Assembly: GCA_016783505.1 (NCBI GenBank)
Contig: JADHWK010000020.1
Coordinates: 1 to 38,080, forward strand
Length of the DNA stretch: 38,080 bases
Direction: 5' to 3'
Origin: Candidatus Zhuqueibacterota bacterium
Lineage (GTDB): Bacteria; BS750m-G25
Of this stretch, positions 18,260 to 28,205 are shown in pieces (position 1 is the first letter of the stretch; each line of letters opens with the position of its first letter). The translations under genes were made by a program, and so were the position numbers. Below the pieces are notes generated by a model. It was not told the DNA's origin. It searched no databases and saw only the letters and a list, made by a program, of their open reading frames with translations.

Positions 18260-18697
18260 TTAGCATCCATTTTCTATATTAATCCAGATTCTATCTAGAA
18301 TCTCCTTAAACCCCCGGATTTCATCTTCTGAAAAATGGGCTATTGCCTTTTTATCAATCTCGTCTCCCAGAGCGCATAACCTTTTTTTCAACTTCTTCCC
18401 GTTCTCCGTTAAATAAATTTTGATCACTCGCCGGTCCTCACCGTCCCGCTCACGCTCGACTAATCTGTCCCGTTCCATTCGGTCTACAATACCGGTGATC
18501 GTCGGCCCGTCAAAATAGAGCCTTTTGGAAAGTTCACTTAAGGAAAGCCCGTTTTCCTCCCACAACCGGGCCAAAACTGCATATTGAGAGGAGGTTAGCC
18601 CATATTGAGAGGATTTCATATCAAAAGCCCTCTTCATACTTCGGGCCGTTTTCATCAGTTGAAAACCTAATGAATTGTTTAACGAATTTTCTCCCAT
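18260..18697 (-). CDS. MarR family transcriptional regulator
   Basis: GLTSSQYAVL, SELSKRL..D..TITGIVDRME, DRRVIKIYLTENG. Confidence 0.95.
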   Translation of the reverse strand: MGENSLNNSLGFQLMKTARSMKRAFDMKSSQYGLTSSQYAVLARLWEENGLSLSELSKRLYFDGPTITGIVDRMERDRLVERERDGEDRRVIKIYLTENGKKLKKRLCALGDEIDKKAIAHFSEDEIRGFKEILDRIWINIENGC

Positions 18698-18711
18698 ATT
18701 TTACTCCTCAT

Positions 18712-18770
18712 TGTTTGTATGCTATTATTTTGTACACTAATAATATAATAAAATAAAAAATTATTATCAA
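18712..18770 (-). promoter_or_regulatory. Sigma70-type promoter of marR with adjacent candidate operators
   Basis: TTGATA (18770-18765), 17-bp spacer, TATATT (18747-18742); immediately followed by two similar boxes TTAGTGTACAAAA and ATAGCATACAAAC. Confidence 0.55.
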
Positions 18771-18830
18771 GCTTTTTTTCTGTTTACATTGTAGTCCCTC
18801 ACAATTAGGCCTTGCATATATAAGTTAATC

Positions 18831-20198
18831 TTACCGCTTAATCGCCCGTTCCATCGCTTCACGTAAATCTTTGATCCCGGAAACGCCGATTATACTGAAT
18901 TTTTTTAGCCCTTTCAAATTAGCTTTGGGAATAAGCATCCGCTTAAAGCCTAGCTTTTCCGCCTCTACGATACGCTTCTCAATCTGCCCCACCCCCCGCA
19001 CCTCCCCCCCCAACCCCACTTCTCCCACCAGAGACATATTCGAATCCACTGGTTTCCCCTTGAGACTTGAGGCAATAGCCAGGCTTATGCCCAGGTCAAC
19101 GGCGGGTTCATCAATCCGCACCCCGCCGGCCACGTTGATGAACACGTCCTGATCCCCTAAGGCGAGGCCAAGCCGCCTCTCCAGCACGGCGATCAACAGG
19201 GCCAATTTTTTAGGGTCAATGCCCATAGCGGCCCGCTGGGGATAGCCAAAATGGCCCCTCGTGACCAGTGCTTGCACTTCGACCAAGAGGGGCCTGGTTC
19301 CCTTAAGGCAGGGGACAATAGCGGTTCCAGGGATGTCCACCGATCTTTCGGAAAGAAAGACCTGGGAGGGGTTTTTCAGCTCAACCAATCCCTCCTCCCT
19401 CATATCAAACACCCCGATCTCATCGGTGGAACCGAAGCGGTTTTTGAAAGTCCGCAGGATGCGGAGGGATTGGTGGCGGTCTCCCTCAAAGTAAAGGACG
19501 GTATCCACCAGATGCTCTAGCACCCTGGGCCCGGCGATGGCCCCCTCCTTGGTCACATGGCCTATCAGAAAGAGGGAGAGATCCTTCTCCTTGGCCAGGT
19601 TCAACAGGGAAGCGGCACACTCCCGAACCTGAGAGATACTGCCGGGTGCGCTCTCCAGCCCACTATCGTAAATTGCCTGGATGGAATCAATAACGGCCAA
19701 CTGAACCTGATTGTCCTCTAGACACTGATGAATGGCCCCCAGGTCTGTCTCGGCTAGAACGAGCATCTTCCCCCCACCCAGGCCCAGCCGGTCAGCCCGC
19801 AATTTAAGCTGATGGGTTGATTCTTCCCCAGAGACGTAGAGGACCGGGGTTCCCTTCTCGGCTATCCGTGCCCCCACCTGGAGCATAAGGGTGGACTTAC
19901 CTATCCCGGGGTCCCCGGCCACTAATATGACCGAACCGGGCACGATTCCCCCACCCAGCACGCGGTCGAACTCGGGGAAGAAGCTGACCAGCCGCTCAAC
20001 ACCGATGGGTTTCAACGCCCCCAAGGACACCGGCTGTGATTTTATTTTCTGGGATCGCCCCTCCCCTCTCCTTGGTCTTGGAAGGATGGGCTCTTCCACT
20101 AAGCTGTTCCACTTACCGCAATCCGGACAGCGGCCCAGCCAGCGGGGGGATTCGTAACCGCAGTGTTGACAGACGTATTTGGATCTAAGTTTAGCCAC
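18831..20198 (-). CDS. radA: DNA repair protein RadA/Sms
   Basis: C4 zinc finger, GDPGIGKST, KNRFG, Lon-like C-terminus. Confidence 0.98.
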   Translation of the reverse strand: MAKLRSKYVCQHCGYESPRWLGRCPDCGKWNSLVEEPILPRPRRGEGRSQKIKSQPVSLGALKPIGVERLVSFFPEFDRVLGGGIVPGSVILVAGDPGIGKSTLMLQVGARIAEKGTPVLYVSGEESTHQLKLRADRLGLGGGKMLVLAETDLGAIHQCLEDNQVQLAVIDSIQAIYDSGLESAPGSISQVRECAASLLNLAKEKDLSLFLIGHVTKEGAIAGPRVLEHLVDTVLYFEGDRHQSLRILRTFKNRFGSTDEIGVFDMREEGLVELKNPSQVFLSERSVDIPGTAIVPCLKGTRPLLVEVQALVTRGHFGYPQRAAMGIDPKKLALLIAVLERRLGLALGDQDVFINVAGGVRIDEPAVDLGISLAIASSLKGKPVDSNMSLVGEVGLGGEVRGVGQIEKRIVEAEKLGFKRMLIPKANLKGLKKFSIIGVSGIKDLREAMERAIKR

Positions 20199-20256
20199 CA
20201 GTAAATTTGTCTGTAAGGCCTATGGACGTTTTTTTTTCTTTGGGGCGATGTGTGAT

Positions 20257-20280
20257 GGAATATTGGGGTATTGGAATGTT
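20257..20280 (+). repeat. Degenerate octamer tandem repeat
   Basis: ggaatatt ggggtatt ggaatgtt. Confidence 0.6.
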
Positions 20281-20478
20281 GGTAACAGTTCAGCAACAAG
20301 TCGCAAAGACAGATAGGAGGTTTGAATTAAGTTGAACGCTAAAAGCTGATTACTGATTGTGGTGAACTGTTACGAATTTTGGAATACTATCTGCTCTATC
20401 CCTAAGATTCAGAATGGATTTTGAGATTGCCCCGTTGCTTTCTCCTCTGCTCCCATACCCCTCTGCTATTAGTCTCCC

Positions 20479-23400
20479 TTAGAACTCAGCCCCTAAGGAG
20501 AAATAATACCTGGGCTTAGCATAGCCAATTTTTTCTTTTTTCCAGGCAACATCAATTTGAATGAGAAAAAACCCCAGATTCATCCGAATGCCCGTACCCA
20601 GACTAAAGAGGAGATCATCCAGATAAATATTCCCTGTTTTGGGATCCCGGCTCATACCTTTAAATTCCCCCTGGTACCAAGCGCTTCCCAGATCGGTGAA
20701 CAGGGCCCCGCGGACGTTCTGCAGCCCGATGGGAAGTGGCCAACCTAACAGCAGATATTTGATAAACGGATACCGAAATTCGGCGTTGAATAGAAAGTAT
20801 CGGGTTCCCACCTGCTCGTAATAGTCGCCGCCCCGGAAAGGGGTGATGAATTCAGAAAAGTAGACATCCTCAATTTTATCAATACGTAAAACTCCCCCTT
20901 TGAACTTTCGGTTCAGCCAATTTTCCACCCCCCCTAAGTAAAACCGCTGGGGATTTTTTCCCTGACTGAGTCCCCCGGTGAGGCGCAGGGCAAAGGAGTA
21001 ATCCTTGCGTACCTTCAGATACCACCGGCTATCGGCGGAATAGGTCTGAAATTCCAGTCCCCATTCGCTGGTGCTCTTCTTCCCATAAAGGGACGATAAG
21101 TTTGGACTCAAGAGGATAGAAAAGGAACGCCTGGCCCCATTCACGGGACCAGTTGCTCCCCAGATGACCGTGTCTTTTATCCAGGAAAGCCCCGGTAAAA
21201 GAAGCCTTCTTTTAACATTAGGGTGATATTCCATATCCCCCACAAAAAAGGGCTCCCCACCATTAGTGATATAATTATACAATTGCCTTTCAATGGTGAT
21301 AAAATAAATGAGATTATCTATCCTTTGATATTTATTGAATGGGAAGGAAAGATAGGAGATAAGACCATAGTTTCGATCCCGGACCCAGCCGTAGTCAAAA
21401 TAATAATAATAATGAAAGAGGCCCAACCCTACATCCACCCGTCGGGGGAGGTAGAAATAAAACACCTGAAAATTACTGTTTTCAAAATCAATGTAAAGGT
21501 CGGTGTCCAGGTAAATACGATGATTTCCCAACACATCGCTGACGGCGATCTGACTGCGACCCTGGAGGCCGAAATAGGTGCTGTATCCCACCACGGCGTT
21601 GACAATATCCGGGCTAAACTTGGGTTTATACTCGTTCTTTTTATATTCACCGCTGGGAAGAATGTACTCCGTGCTGTCCAGGGAGACCTTTTTGTTGGCA
21701 TCTTCCACCTCTTCATCATAGCGGTCGAAGAAAATGTAATGCCGATAATCAATGGCCCCTTTGGACCATTCCTGCCCTCTGGTGTCGGTGCCCACCCTCT
21801 GCACCTCCTTTTCCGGGGGTGGACCTCTTTTGATAAAAGTGGTCTGTTCCAAGTCACCCTTCTTAAGGTCTTCACCAAAGGGGTTAGTGATCATGAAGAT
21901 GTCATAGCCGCCGTCGAAGAAACAGGTGAAGGCCAACTTTTCTGATTTCTGTGACCAGGTAGGCTGGAAACAACCGGTAAGCACGTTGGTCACCGGGTAG
22001 TCTTCCCCCGTGGACAGGTTAAGGAAGTAGATATTATTAATACCGTTCTTATCGGATACATAGGTCAGGATCTCAGGATTAGGGGACCAGGCGGGGTTTT
22101 GTTCCAAATAGTGAGTATCCGTCAACCGCTGCAAATCACCGGTTTCCACCTCAACGAGATAGAGGTCCAGTTGACGGTAATTAAAATGCTGTATTTTAAA
22201 TCCCGGCGGGATGTTCTCCCTCCTCAAATAGGTTCCCCGGTCCGAAGCAAAACAGATCTGACCGCCGTCGGGCGACCAGCACGGATCTAGATCGGAAAAG
22301 GGGTCATAGGTCAGTTGGTCCAGTTTCCCGGTCTTCAGGTTGAAGATGTATATATCCGAGGCCCCGTTTTTGGTACCCACAAAGCAAATCTGATCCCCCC
22401 CGGGGGACCAAGCCGGGGAAAAAATCCCATCCAGATCAAAAGTATAATGTTGGGTGCCGGTGCCTAAGTCAAACAGGGCCCTCTTGCTGGCCTTAATCTT
22501 CGCTTGAATTTCAATCACATAAAGGGCATCCTTTCCCCCCCGTTTGGCGGCGAAGGTGATCTTCTCCCCGTCAGGGGACCAGGAAATTCCGGGGCGAAGC
22601 CAGTGCAGCTCCTCAAAGTGACCGCTCTTTTCTCCGCTCACCAGCTTTGCCGTGATCTTTTTGTCCAGGGTGGACATCAAATAGATGTCGAAGTAATCGG
22701 AGCGGTCAGAGAGAAAGGCCAATTGATCCCCATCGGGGGATAGAGCCGGTGAATTGTTCACAAAGTTTTTTTCGTGTTTATGGTCGCTGAGCCGCAGGCT
22801 GAACTCCTGGGGCTCCTGCCGGTCGGCCACCTCAGGCCAGTACTCCCTCTTCAAACTCTGGTGCCAGCGCTTGGATAACTCCTCGAGGTCGAGGCCGATG
22901 GATTTTTTAAACCCCCGCTCCACCCCGCGGTTGACCCTGATCTTTCCCAAAATCTCGCCGATTTTCTCCCGTCCATATCGGTGGGCAATGTAGGCCAGCA
23001 GTGACTGACCCCCCTTGTAGGCCATAAATCCCCCCAGCCTTTCAATCTCGGGTAAATAGCCGTTTATGGTGGCGTCCCGCATGAACATGTCCGATTCAAC
23101 ATCCCACCCCCGGGATTCGAATTCCGCCAGGCCCTCGACGAACCATAACGGCAGGGGCAGTCGTGTAAAACCGCTGATGATGGACCCAAACCCGGCACCG
23201 TAGATCATCTGCAGCATTACCCCGTGGGTGAGTTCGTGGTGGATCACATGCCGAAATTTCTCGTAGGACCCTTCATAGGGTACAACCATCCGGTTCTTGT
23301 AAAATTCTGTGAACCCGCCCACCGATTCTTCCGGTGGTCCCAGGGAAACGTTGGTTTGCCCAAAATCGTTATGGGAAGGATAGGTAATGATTGACAGCCG

Positions 23401-23640
23401 TTCCTGCAGATTGTAGTTGAAGTCCGAGGATAGCTGCCTGTAGGCATCTTCGGCAATTTCAGCGGCAAAGTCGGCAATTTTCTCGCCGCCCGTGGTAAAG
23501 TAGATGTCGAAATGCTTGGTCTGGATGTATTGCCACTGGAAGTTTTTGTATTGGACCTTGTTCTTACCAAAATAAGCCTGGCCGAAGCCGGCAACAGAGA
23601 GCAAAAGGAACGTCACAATAACAAAAGATATTTTACGCAT
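20479..23640 (-). CDS. Omp85/BamA-TamA family barrel with N-terminal zincin (peptidase MA-like) domain and PD40 beta-propeller
   Basis: Signal peptide, FGKNKVQY, HELTH...WFVEGLAE, repeated WSPDG units, C-terminal NAEFRYP/LFTDLG and terminal Phe. Confidence 0.88.
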   Translation of the reverse strand: MRKISFVIVTFLLLSVAGFGQAYFGKNKVQYKNFQWQYIQTKHFDIYFTTGGEKIADFAAEIAEDAYRQLSSDFNYNLQERLSIITYPSHNDFGQTNVSLGPPEESVGGFTEFYKNRMVVPYEGSYEKFRHVIHHELTHGVMLQMIYGAGFGSIISGFTRLPLPLWFVEGLAEFESRGWDVESDMFMRDATINGYLPEIERLGGFMAYKGGQSLLAYIAHRYGREKIGEILGKIRVNRGVERGFKKSIGLDLEELSKRWHQSLKREYWPEVADRQEPQEFSLRLSDHKHEKNFVNNSPALSPDGDQLAFLSDRSDYFDIYLMSTLDKKITAKLVSGEKSGHFEELHWLRPGISWSPDGEKITFAAKRGGKDALYVIEIQAKIKASKRALFDLGTGTQHYTFDLDGIFSPAWSPGGDQICFVGTKNGASDIYIFNLKTGKLDQLTYDPFSDLDPCWSPDGGQICFASDRGTYLRRENIPPGFKIQHFNYRQLDLYLVEVETGDLQRLTDTHYLEQNPAWSPNPEILTYVSDKNGINNIYFLNLSTGEDYPVTNVLTGCFQPTWSQKSEKLAFTCFFDGGYDIFMITNPFGEDLKKGDLEQTTFIKRGPPPEKEVQRVGTDTRGQEWSKGAIDYRHYIFFDRYDEEVEDANKKVSLDSTEYILPSGEYKKNEYKPKFSPDIVNAVVGYSTYFGLQGRSQIAVSDVLGNHRIYLDTDLYIDFENSNFQVFYFYLPRRVDVGLGLFHYYYYFDYGWVRDRNYGLISYLSFPFNKYQRIDNLIYFITIERQLYNYITNGGEPFFVGDMEYHPNVKRRLLLPGLSWIKDTVIWGATGPVNGARRSFSILLSPNLSSLYGKKSTSEWGLEFQTYSADSRWYLKVRKDYSFALRLTGGLSQGKNPQRFYLGGVENWLNRKFKGGVLRIDKIEDVYFSEFITPFRGGDYYEQVGTRYFLFNAEFRYPFIKYLLLGWPLPIGLQNVRGALFTDLGSAWYQGEFKGMSRDPKTGNIYLDDLLFSLGTGIRMNLGFFLIQIDVAWKKEKIGYAKPRYYFSLGAEF

Positions 23641-23870
23641 TTTGATTTCCCCCCATAAGACTATAATTCAAATTATGCAATACGATTAAAATCAAGTCAT
23701 AAGACAAATAGGATTTACAGCCCGCTGAACTCAGATATTTTAACTTTACTCTCCGCCGTCCAGCAGGAATCTATCTTCTTGAACTGGAAAAAATGCATGT
23801 CAATTAGTAGTTTGAATTAAATAGGAATTGAGAATAACTTACCGAAATCTTTTGCGGCAACCGGGTCAAC

Positions 23871-24155
23871 TCACATCTCAGCAATCATCTTATCGAATTG
23901 TTCTACGGTTATTGCCGGGAATGTGGAGAATGAGACGCCTGTCAGTTGACTCAAAGCAATAGAGGCCTTCATTGCCTCTTCCGTACCGGGGAAATTAACA
24001 ATGAGAACCAAATCGTATCCCCCCAGTAGGGCGTGCATAGAGTCTACTTCACCTCCAGACTTCTCGATGAGACCAACAGCCTTCTTCGTCCGTTCGGCAC
24101 TCATTTCCTTGACAGCCCCAGATGAATACTTTCCAAACATAAAAAATGTTGACAT
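23871..24155 (-). CDS. GYD domain protein
   Basis: LLGGYDLVLIV motif, 94 aa, RBS GAAAGGAGG. Confidence 0.9.
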   Translation of the reverse strand: MSTFFMFGKYSSGAVKEMSAERTKKAVGLIEKSGGEVDSMHALLGGYDLVLIVNFPGTEEAMKASIALSQLTGVSFSTFPAITVEQFDKMIAEM

Positions 24156-24167
24156 GTCTGCCTCCTT

Positions 24168-24320
24168 TCAGTTTTTACCGGTTGTCACATATTTGTCATA
24201 AACAGCCTGAGCCATCGCCTCTTCTACATAGTCGCTCATGATAAACCGGATAGCCATCAAGCACCTCTTATGGATTATAAAATTGGAAATGCAGTGGTCT
24301 GCAAAGAATCTCAAACTCAT
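24168..24320 (-). pseudogene. In-frame chimera of a DUF5615 PIN-like toxin N-terminus and a HicB-like antitoxin N-terminus
   Basis: MSLRFFADHCISNFIIH-KRCL-MAIRFIMSDYVEEAMAQAVYDK-YVTTGKN*; ATGA overlap with the DUF433 stop; second ATG (24257) has its own AAGAGGTG RBS. Confidence 0.7.
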
Positions 24321-24544
24321 GAAACGGTGACCTCAAATTCTGATAACTCCCGGGCGTAATCCAAACAAGTATCAATCTGTTTCTTTGTGAGGTCTGGAAA
24401 CTCCTCTATTATTTCCCCGACAGAGTTACCCGCAGCTAAATATCCGAGGATAAGGCTAACTGGAATTCTGGTCCCTCTGATTCGTGGCTTACCCCGAAGC
24501 ACTTCAGGAGTGCTTACAATATGCTCCCTCCAGCCTATTTGCAT
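24317..24544 (-). CDS. DUF433 domain protein (putative antitoxin); start revised to 24544
   Basis: IVSTPEVLRGKPRIRGTRIPVSLIL...EIIEEFPDLT...CLDYA; RBS AAGGAGG before MQIGW. Confidence 0.92.
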   Translation of the reverse strand: MQIGWREHIVSTPEVLRGKPRIRGTRIPVSLILGYLAAGNSVGEIIEEFPDLTKKQIDTCLDYARELSEFEVTVS

Positions 24545-24591
24545 ATTTTCCTCCTTTTTCAATTTTGAAGATAAAACCGATATCCCCATCC

Positions 24592-25431
24592 TTATCCATA
24601 GGAATGTTCCCCCCCTAAAAAGATATTACCGAAGAAGGAGAGCAACACCATGATAAATCCGATGATTGACATGATTGCCGCCCTATTACCCTGCCACTTT
24701 TTCTGGTAACGGGCGTGGAGGTAGCCAGTATAGAAGAGCCAGATAATCAGCGACCCCACCTCCTTGGGGTCCCATCCCCAGAAGGAGCCCCAGGCGTTGT
24801 AGGCCCAGATAGCCCCGGCGAACAGGGCTCCGATGGTGAATAAGGGGTAGCCGAGACAGATGGCCCGGTAGCTGATGGCGTCCAAAACTTCAAGCGAAGG
24901 CAGGGAGCCAACGGTAGAAGCCGGATTGCTCATAGCCCCACGCCTGTTTCGGATCAAGGGCATTATCAAGTACATAATACTAACCCCGCAGGCCACCGCA
25001 AAGGCTCCCTCTCCTAAAGCGGCCATTGACACGTGTATGGTCAACCAGTAGCTCTGGAGAGCGGGAACCAACTGTTGTTCGATCTGCTTAGGCAGCAATG
25101 ATGCTGAGACCATTAGAACAAACACCAACGGGGCCACGAACGTCCCCACAATGGGTTTTTTGTATTTCAAAACAATAATGACAAATGAGAACACCGCCAT
25201 CCAGGCCATCAGTAATGCGAACTCATACATGTTGGCCAAGGGCATCCGACCGGCCAGCATCCAGCGTACGATGATCCCCAGCGTCAACGGAATGAATCCT
25301 ACCAACAACAATCCCATCGCTACCTTAACGACAGCATCCTTTCTAATCCCCAAATAGAATGAAAAAACGATAAAACTGGCAAAATAGAACCAGAACGCTA
25401 TCCAGAAGAAGGTCACGTCTAATGATACCAT
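24592..25431 (-). CDS. ccsB: Cytochrome c biogenesis protein CcsB/ResC (System II)
   Basis: PLANMYE, LQSYWLTIHV, GAIWA..AWGSFWGWDPKE (WWD motif), C-terminal HSY. Confidence 0.95.
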   Translation of the reverse strand: MVSLDVTFFWIAFWFYFASFIVFSFYLGIRKDAVVKVAMGLLLVGFIPLTLGIIVRWMLAGRMPLANMYEFALLMAWMAVFSFVIIVLKYKKPIVGTFVAPLVFVLMVSASLLPKQIEQQLVPALQSYWLTIHVSMAALGEGAFAVACGVSIMYLIMPLIRNRRGAMSNPASTVGSLPSLEVLDAISYRAICLGYPLFTIGALFAGAIWAYNAWGSFWGWDPKEVGSLIIWLFYTGYLHARYQKKWQGNRAAIMSIIGFIMVLLSFFGNIFLGGEHSYG

Positions 25432-25446
25432 TGATATTTCCTTAAA

Positions 25447-26796
25447 TTATGCTTTTAAGTTTCTAACAATGGTTTTGAACTCGTTTTCGAAATCCACCGC
25501 ATTTTTGTGGGCCACGCCCCCGACGGTCAGCTCATATTGATGATCACCCCGTTCCCGGACCACCGCCCAGATACGCCGGTGATTGAAATAAAAGGCCAAC
25601 ACCAGTCCCAAACTCATGATGCTGATTCCCGTCCAGATTAAAAAACCCCCGGGCACCGTGGTCACCTCCAGCCCCGTTATCAACAACGGCTCGAAATCCT
25701 TCAGGATGAAGGAATAAGCCTCCCGCTCAACCCAGTGCATTTCGGGGAATTTTAAGAAGGCCCATTGGTGGTACAGTTCCTCCCCATCTTTGAGCACTTC
25801 AATCAATACCGCCGGATTCCGGGGCTCGTTGGACCCTAACCGCGCACGTCCACCTTCCCCCAATTTAAAATCGGCAAGAAAGCGATCCACCTTAAAGGTA
25901 AGGTTCATATTTGGTAAAGAAATTTCCTGTTGAAAGGGGGCTTTTATCGTGGTCACCCATTGATTTTCGGGGTCCCGAATCTCTACCGTCGCCGACCTTA
26001 AGGTATCGGGTTTCAGGTTGTAAGAGGCCTGATAAAAATTGAATCCCTGATAGCGGAGGGGAGAATTCACCTCTATCCTTTTCCTCAATATTTCATCCCC
26101 CCCCCTTAGAACGGTTAATTCAGAAATGTAATCCTTAATCCGGCCCTTTTCATTGTATTCAATTCGGAAATCATCAATACGCACCTGAAAGTCGGCCCCC
26201 GGGGGCCGGATGATTTCCCCGGGCGACCCATAGTGCATCACCGAATAGCCAAACAGGCTGATGATCAAACCTCCCAGGAAGAGAAGTAAAAGACCCAGAT
26301 GATTGAGCAGTGACCCCAGGCGGGAGACCCCTCCCTTTACGGCGGTTATCGCAACCCCATTGGGGATAGCCAATGTGTTGAGACGATACCCCTTAAGATG
26401 ATGACGTAGTCGCCTTTCAAAACCATCCCCCTGCAGTGTCAATGATCGGGAAAATCTTAGCCGTTTAATTTCCTCGGCTTCGGTTTTAAAGGTGGGCCTG
26501 CCAAAGGCCAATTTAAGGATTGACCGGAGGCGGCTGACCAGACAGACAAACAGGCTCAACGCCAGAATAGATAGGGGAACCTGATACCATAAGGATCGAA
26601 AAGGATCGTAACGGCTATGAAATACCTCCCCGATGATCACCCCGATGATGGAAAGGACGGCCACCACAATCAACAGGGTAATCCCGAATTTCATGGAATT
26701 CAGGGTATTCCATATCCCCAGTAATAAGACCCTTTTCTTTATTTCACTATTAAAACCCGTGTTTGTAAACTTAGCTCTGGTATAACCCATGTTCAC
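25447..26796 (-). CDS. resB: Cytochrome c biogenesis protein ResB/Ccs1
   Basis: SMKFGITLL, HLGLLL, DYISEL, IEVNSPLRYQGFNFYQASY, PG..LIW.G, HRRIW. Confidence 0.92.
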   Translation of the reverse strand: MNMGYTRAKFTNTGFNSEIKKRVLLLGIWNTLNSMKFGITLLIVVAVLSIIGVIIGEVFHSRYDPFRSLWYQVPLSILALSLFVCLVSRLRSILKLAFGRPTFKTEAEEIKRLRFSRSLTLQGDGFERRLRHHLKGYRLNTLAIPNGVAITAVKGGVSRLGSLLNHLGLLLLFLGGLIISLFGYSVMHYGSPGEIIRPPGADFQVRIDDFRIEYNEKGRIKDYISELTVLRGGDEILRKRIEVNSPLRYQGFNFYQASYNLKPDTLRSATVEIRDPENQWVTTIKAPFQQEISLPNMNLTFKVDRFLADFKLGEGGRARLGSNEPRNPAVLIEVLKDGEELYHQWAFLKFPEMHWVEREAYSFILKDFEPLLITGLEVTTVPGGFLIWTGISIMSLGLVLAFYFNHRRIWAVVRERGDHQYELTVGGVAHKNAVDFENEFKTIVRNLKA

Positions 26797-27373
26797 GGAT
26801 AAATTTCTCTACATTTTCAGGGACCAAATAACGTATGGAATCGCCGTTTCTGACCCGCCGGCGGATGTCGGTGGATGAGATCCCAATCAGGGGTTCTTCT
26901 ACAAAAATGATCTTCCGGCGATAGCGGGACTCGACTTGATCCAGGGTGAAACCGGGTCGGTTCATAACCACTACCCGGGCGAAATCAAACAAACGGTCGG
27001 GGCTTTTCCAGTTTTCTAAATCCAACAAACTGTCCGCCCCGATAATCAGGAAAAGCTCATAGTCAGGGTCAGGATAAAGACGGCGTAGTTCCGTCAGGGT
27101 CTCTACAGTAAAGGAAATCCGTCTGGCTTTGACTTCGAGGGGGGAAAGTTCAAAGTAGGGATTCCCTGAGATAACCGCCTCTACCATTTGATAGCGCAGC
27201 CGCCGGTCGGAGACAGCGGGTAATTGCTTATGGGGGGGAGATCCAGCCGGCATGAAGATCACCTTTTCTAACCCCAGTAGTTCCCTCACCCTCTCGGCCC
27301 ATATCATATGACCTATATGCACAGGGTCGAACGTGCCCCCAAACAGCCCAATGTTAATTACTCGAGTTCCCAT
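26771..27373 (-). CDS. nadD: Nicotinate-nucleotide adenylyltransferase
   Basis: GGTFDPVHIGH, PPHK, IIGADS, ISSTDIR. Confidence 0.97.
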   Translation of the reverse strand: MGTRVINIGLFGGTFDPVHIGHMIWAERVRELLGLEKVIFMPAGSPPHKQLPAVSDRRLRYQMVEAVISGNPYFELSPLEVKARRISFTVETLTELRRLYPDPDYELFLIIGADSLLDLENWKSPDRLFDFARVVVMNRPGFTLDQVESRYRRKIIFVEEPLIGISSTDIRRRVRNGDSIRYLVPENVEKFIREHGLYQS

Positions 27374-28169
27374 TACCTTTCTTACCCTTCCCTTCTAGTT
27401 CGATAAGTCGGGAGTCTACGAGTCGTAATTTTTCCTGGGCCAACGCCACCCGGCTGTTATCCTCATATTTAGCCAAAAAGGTCTCGAATTCTTTCCTGGC
27501 CGCTTCATACTCCTTCAATTTCAAATAGGAATCCGCCTTTAGGAACTGGGCCCTGGGGGCGTAGTCGGTATCATAATAGCTTTCCAGAACCTCGTCAAAA
27601 TAGATTATGGCTGACCGGTAATACCCCATCCGAAAGTAAAGCTCCCCATTTTTGTACGCTTTCCTGGCCAGTTTCTTCCGACACTCGAACAGCTTTCCCT
27701 CTACTTCCCCTTTCATATCACTGTGGGGATAATCCTCCAGGAAGTATTGATACTTCTCTATGGCCTGATAGGTGTAGTCCTGATCTAACGCATATTTGGG
27801 GGATAGCTCAAAGTAGCAGAAACCCAGCTTATACATAGCCTGTTCCACTAAAGGACTCTGGGGCATGGTGGTCGTGAGCTTCTCATATTCCGAAGCGGCA
27901 AGAATGTATTCCCTCATCATGAAATGGGACTCGGCCAGATAGAACTGCACGCTATCCAATAATGTGCTTCCTGGAAAACTGAGCAGAATGGCCCGAAAGG
28001 CGTCCACCGCATCCAGATAATCCTCGTCCTCGAAGAGCTCCATGGCCCGATTAAAACTGGTTCTGACGTCTGGTTTTTCCTTGATATTTCGGCGGCTACA
28101 ACTGACCTGGAAAAGCAGGGTCAGAACAAGCAATGAATGCAGAAAAATTTTTTGGTAACAGTTAAACAT
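27354..28169 (-). CDS. bamD: Outer membrane protein assembly lipoprotein BamD
   Basis: Lipobox-like QVSC, TPR repeats, SPKYALDQDYT..AI, LARK. Confidence 0.9.
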   Translation of the reverse strand: MFNCYQKIFLHSLLVLTLLFQVSCSRRNIKEKPDVRTSFNRAMELFEDEDYLDAVDAFRAILLSFPGSTLLDSVQFYLAESHFMMREYILAASEYEKLTTTMPQSPLVEQAMYKLGFCYFELSPKYALDQDYTYQAIEKYQYFLEDYPHSDMKGEVEGKLFECRKKLARKAYKNGELYFRMGYYRSAIIYFDEVLESYYDTDYAPRAQFLKADSYLKLKEYEAARKEFETFLAKYEDNSRVALAQEKLRLVDSRLIELEGKGKKGNGNSSN

Positions 28170-28205
28170 AGACGTCTCGGAATTTCTAAAAAAGAACCAA
28201 ATAGT

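Noticed and set aside
21223-21945. 240-aa plus-strand ORF
   Set aside because: Antisense shadow of the Omp85 gene.
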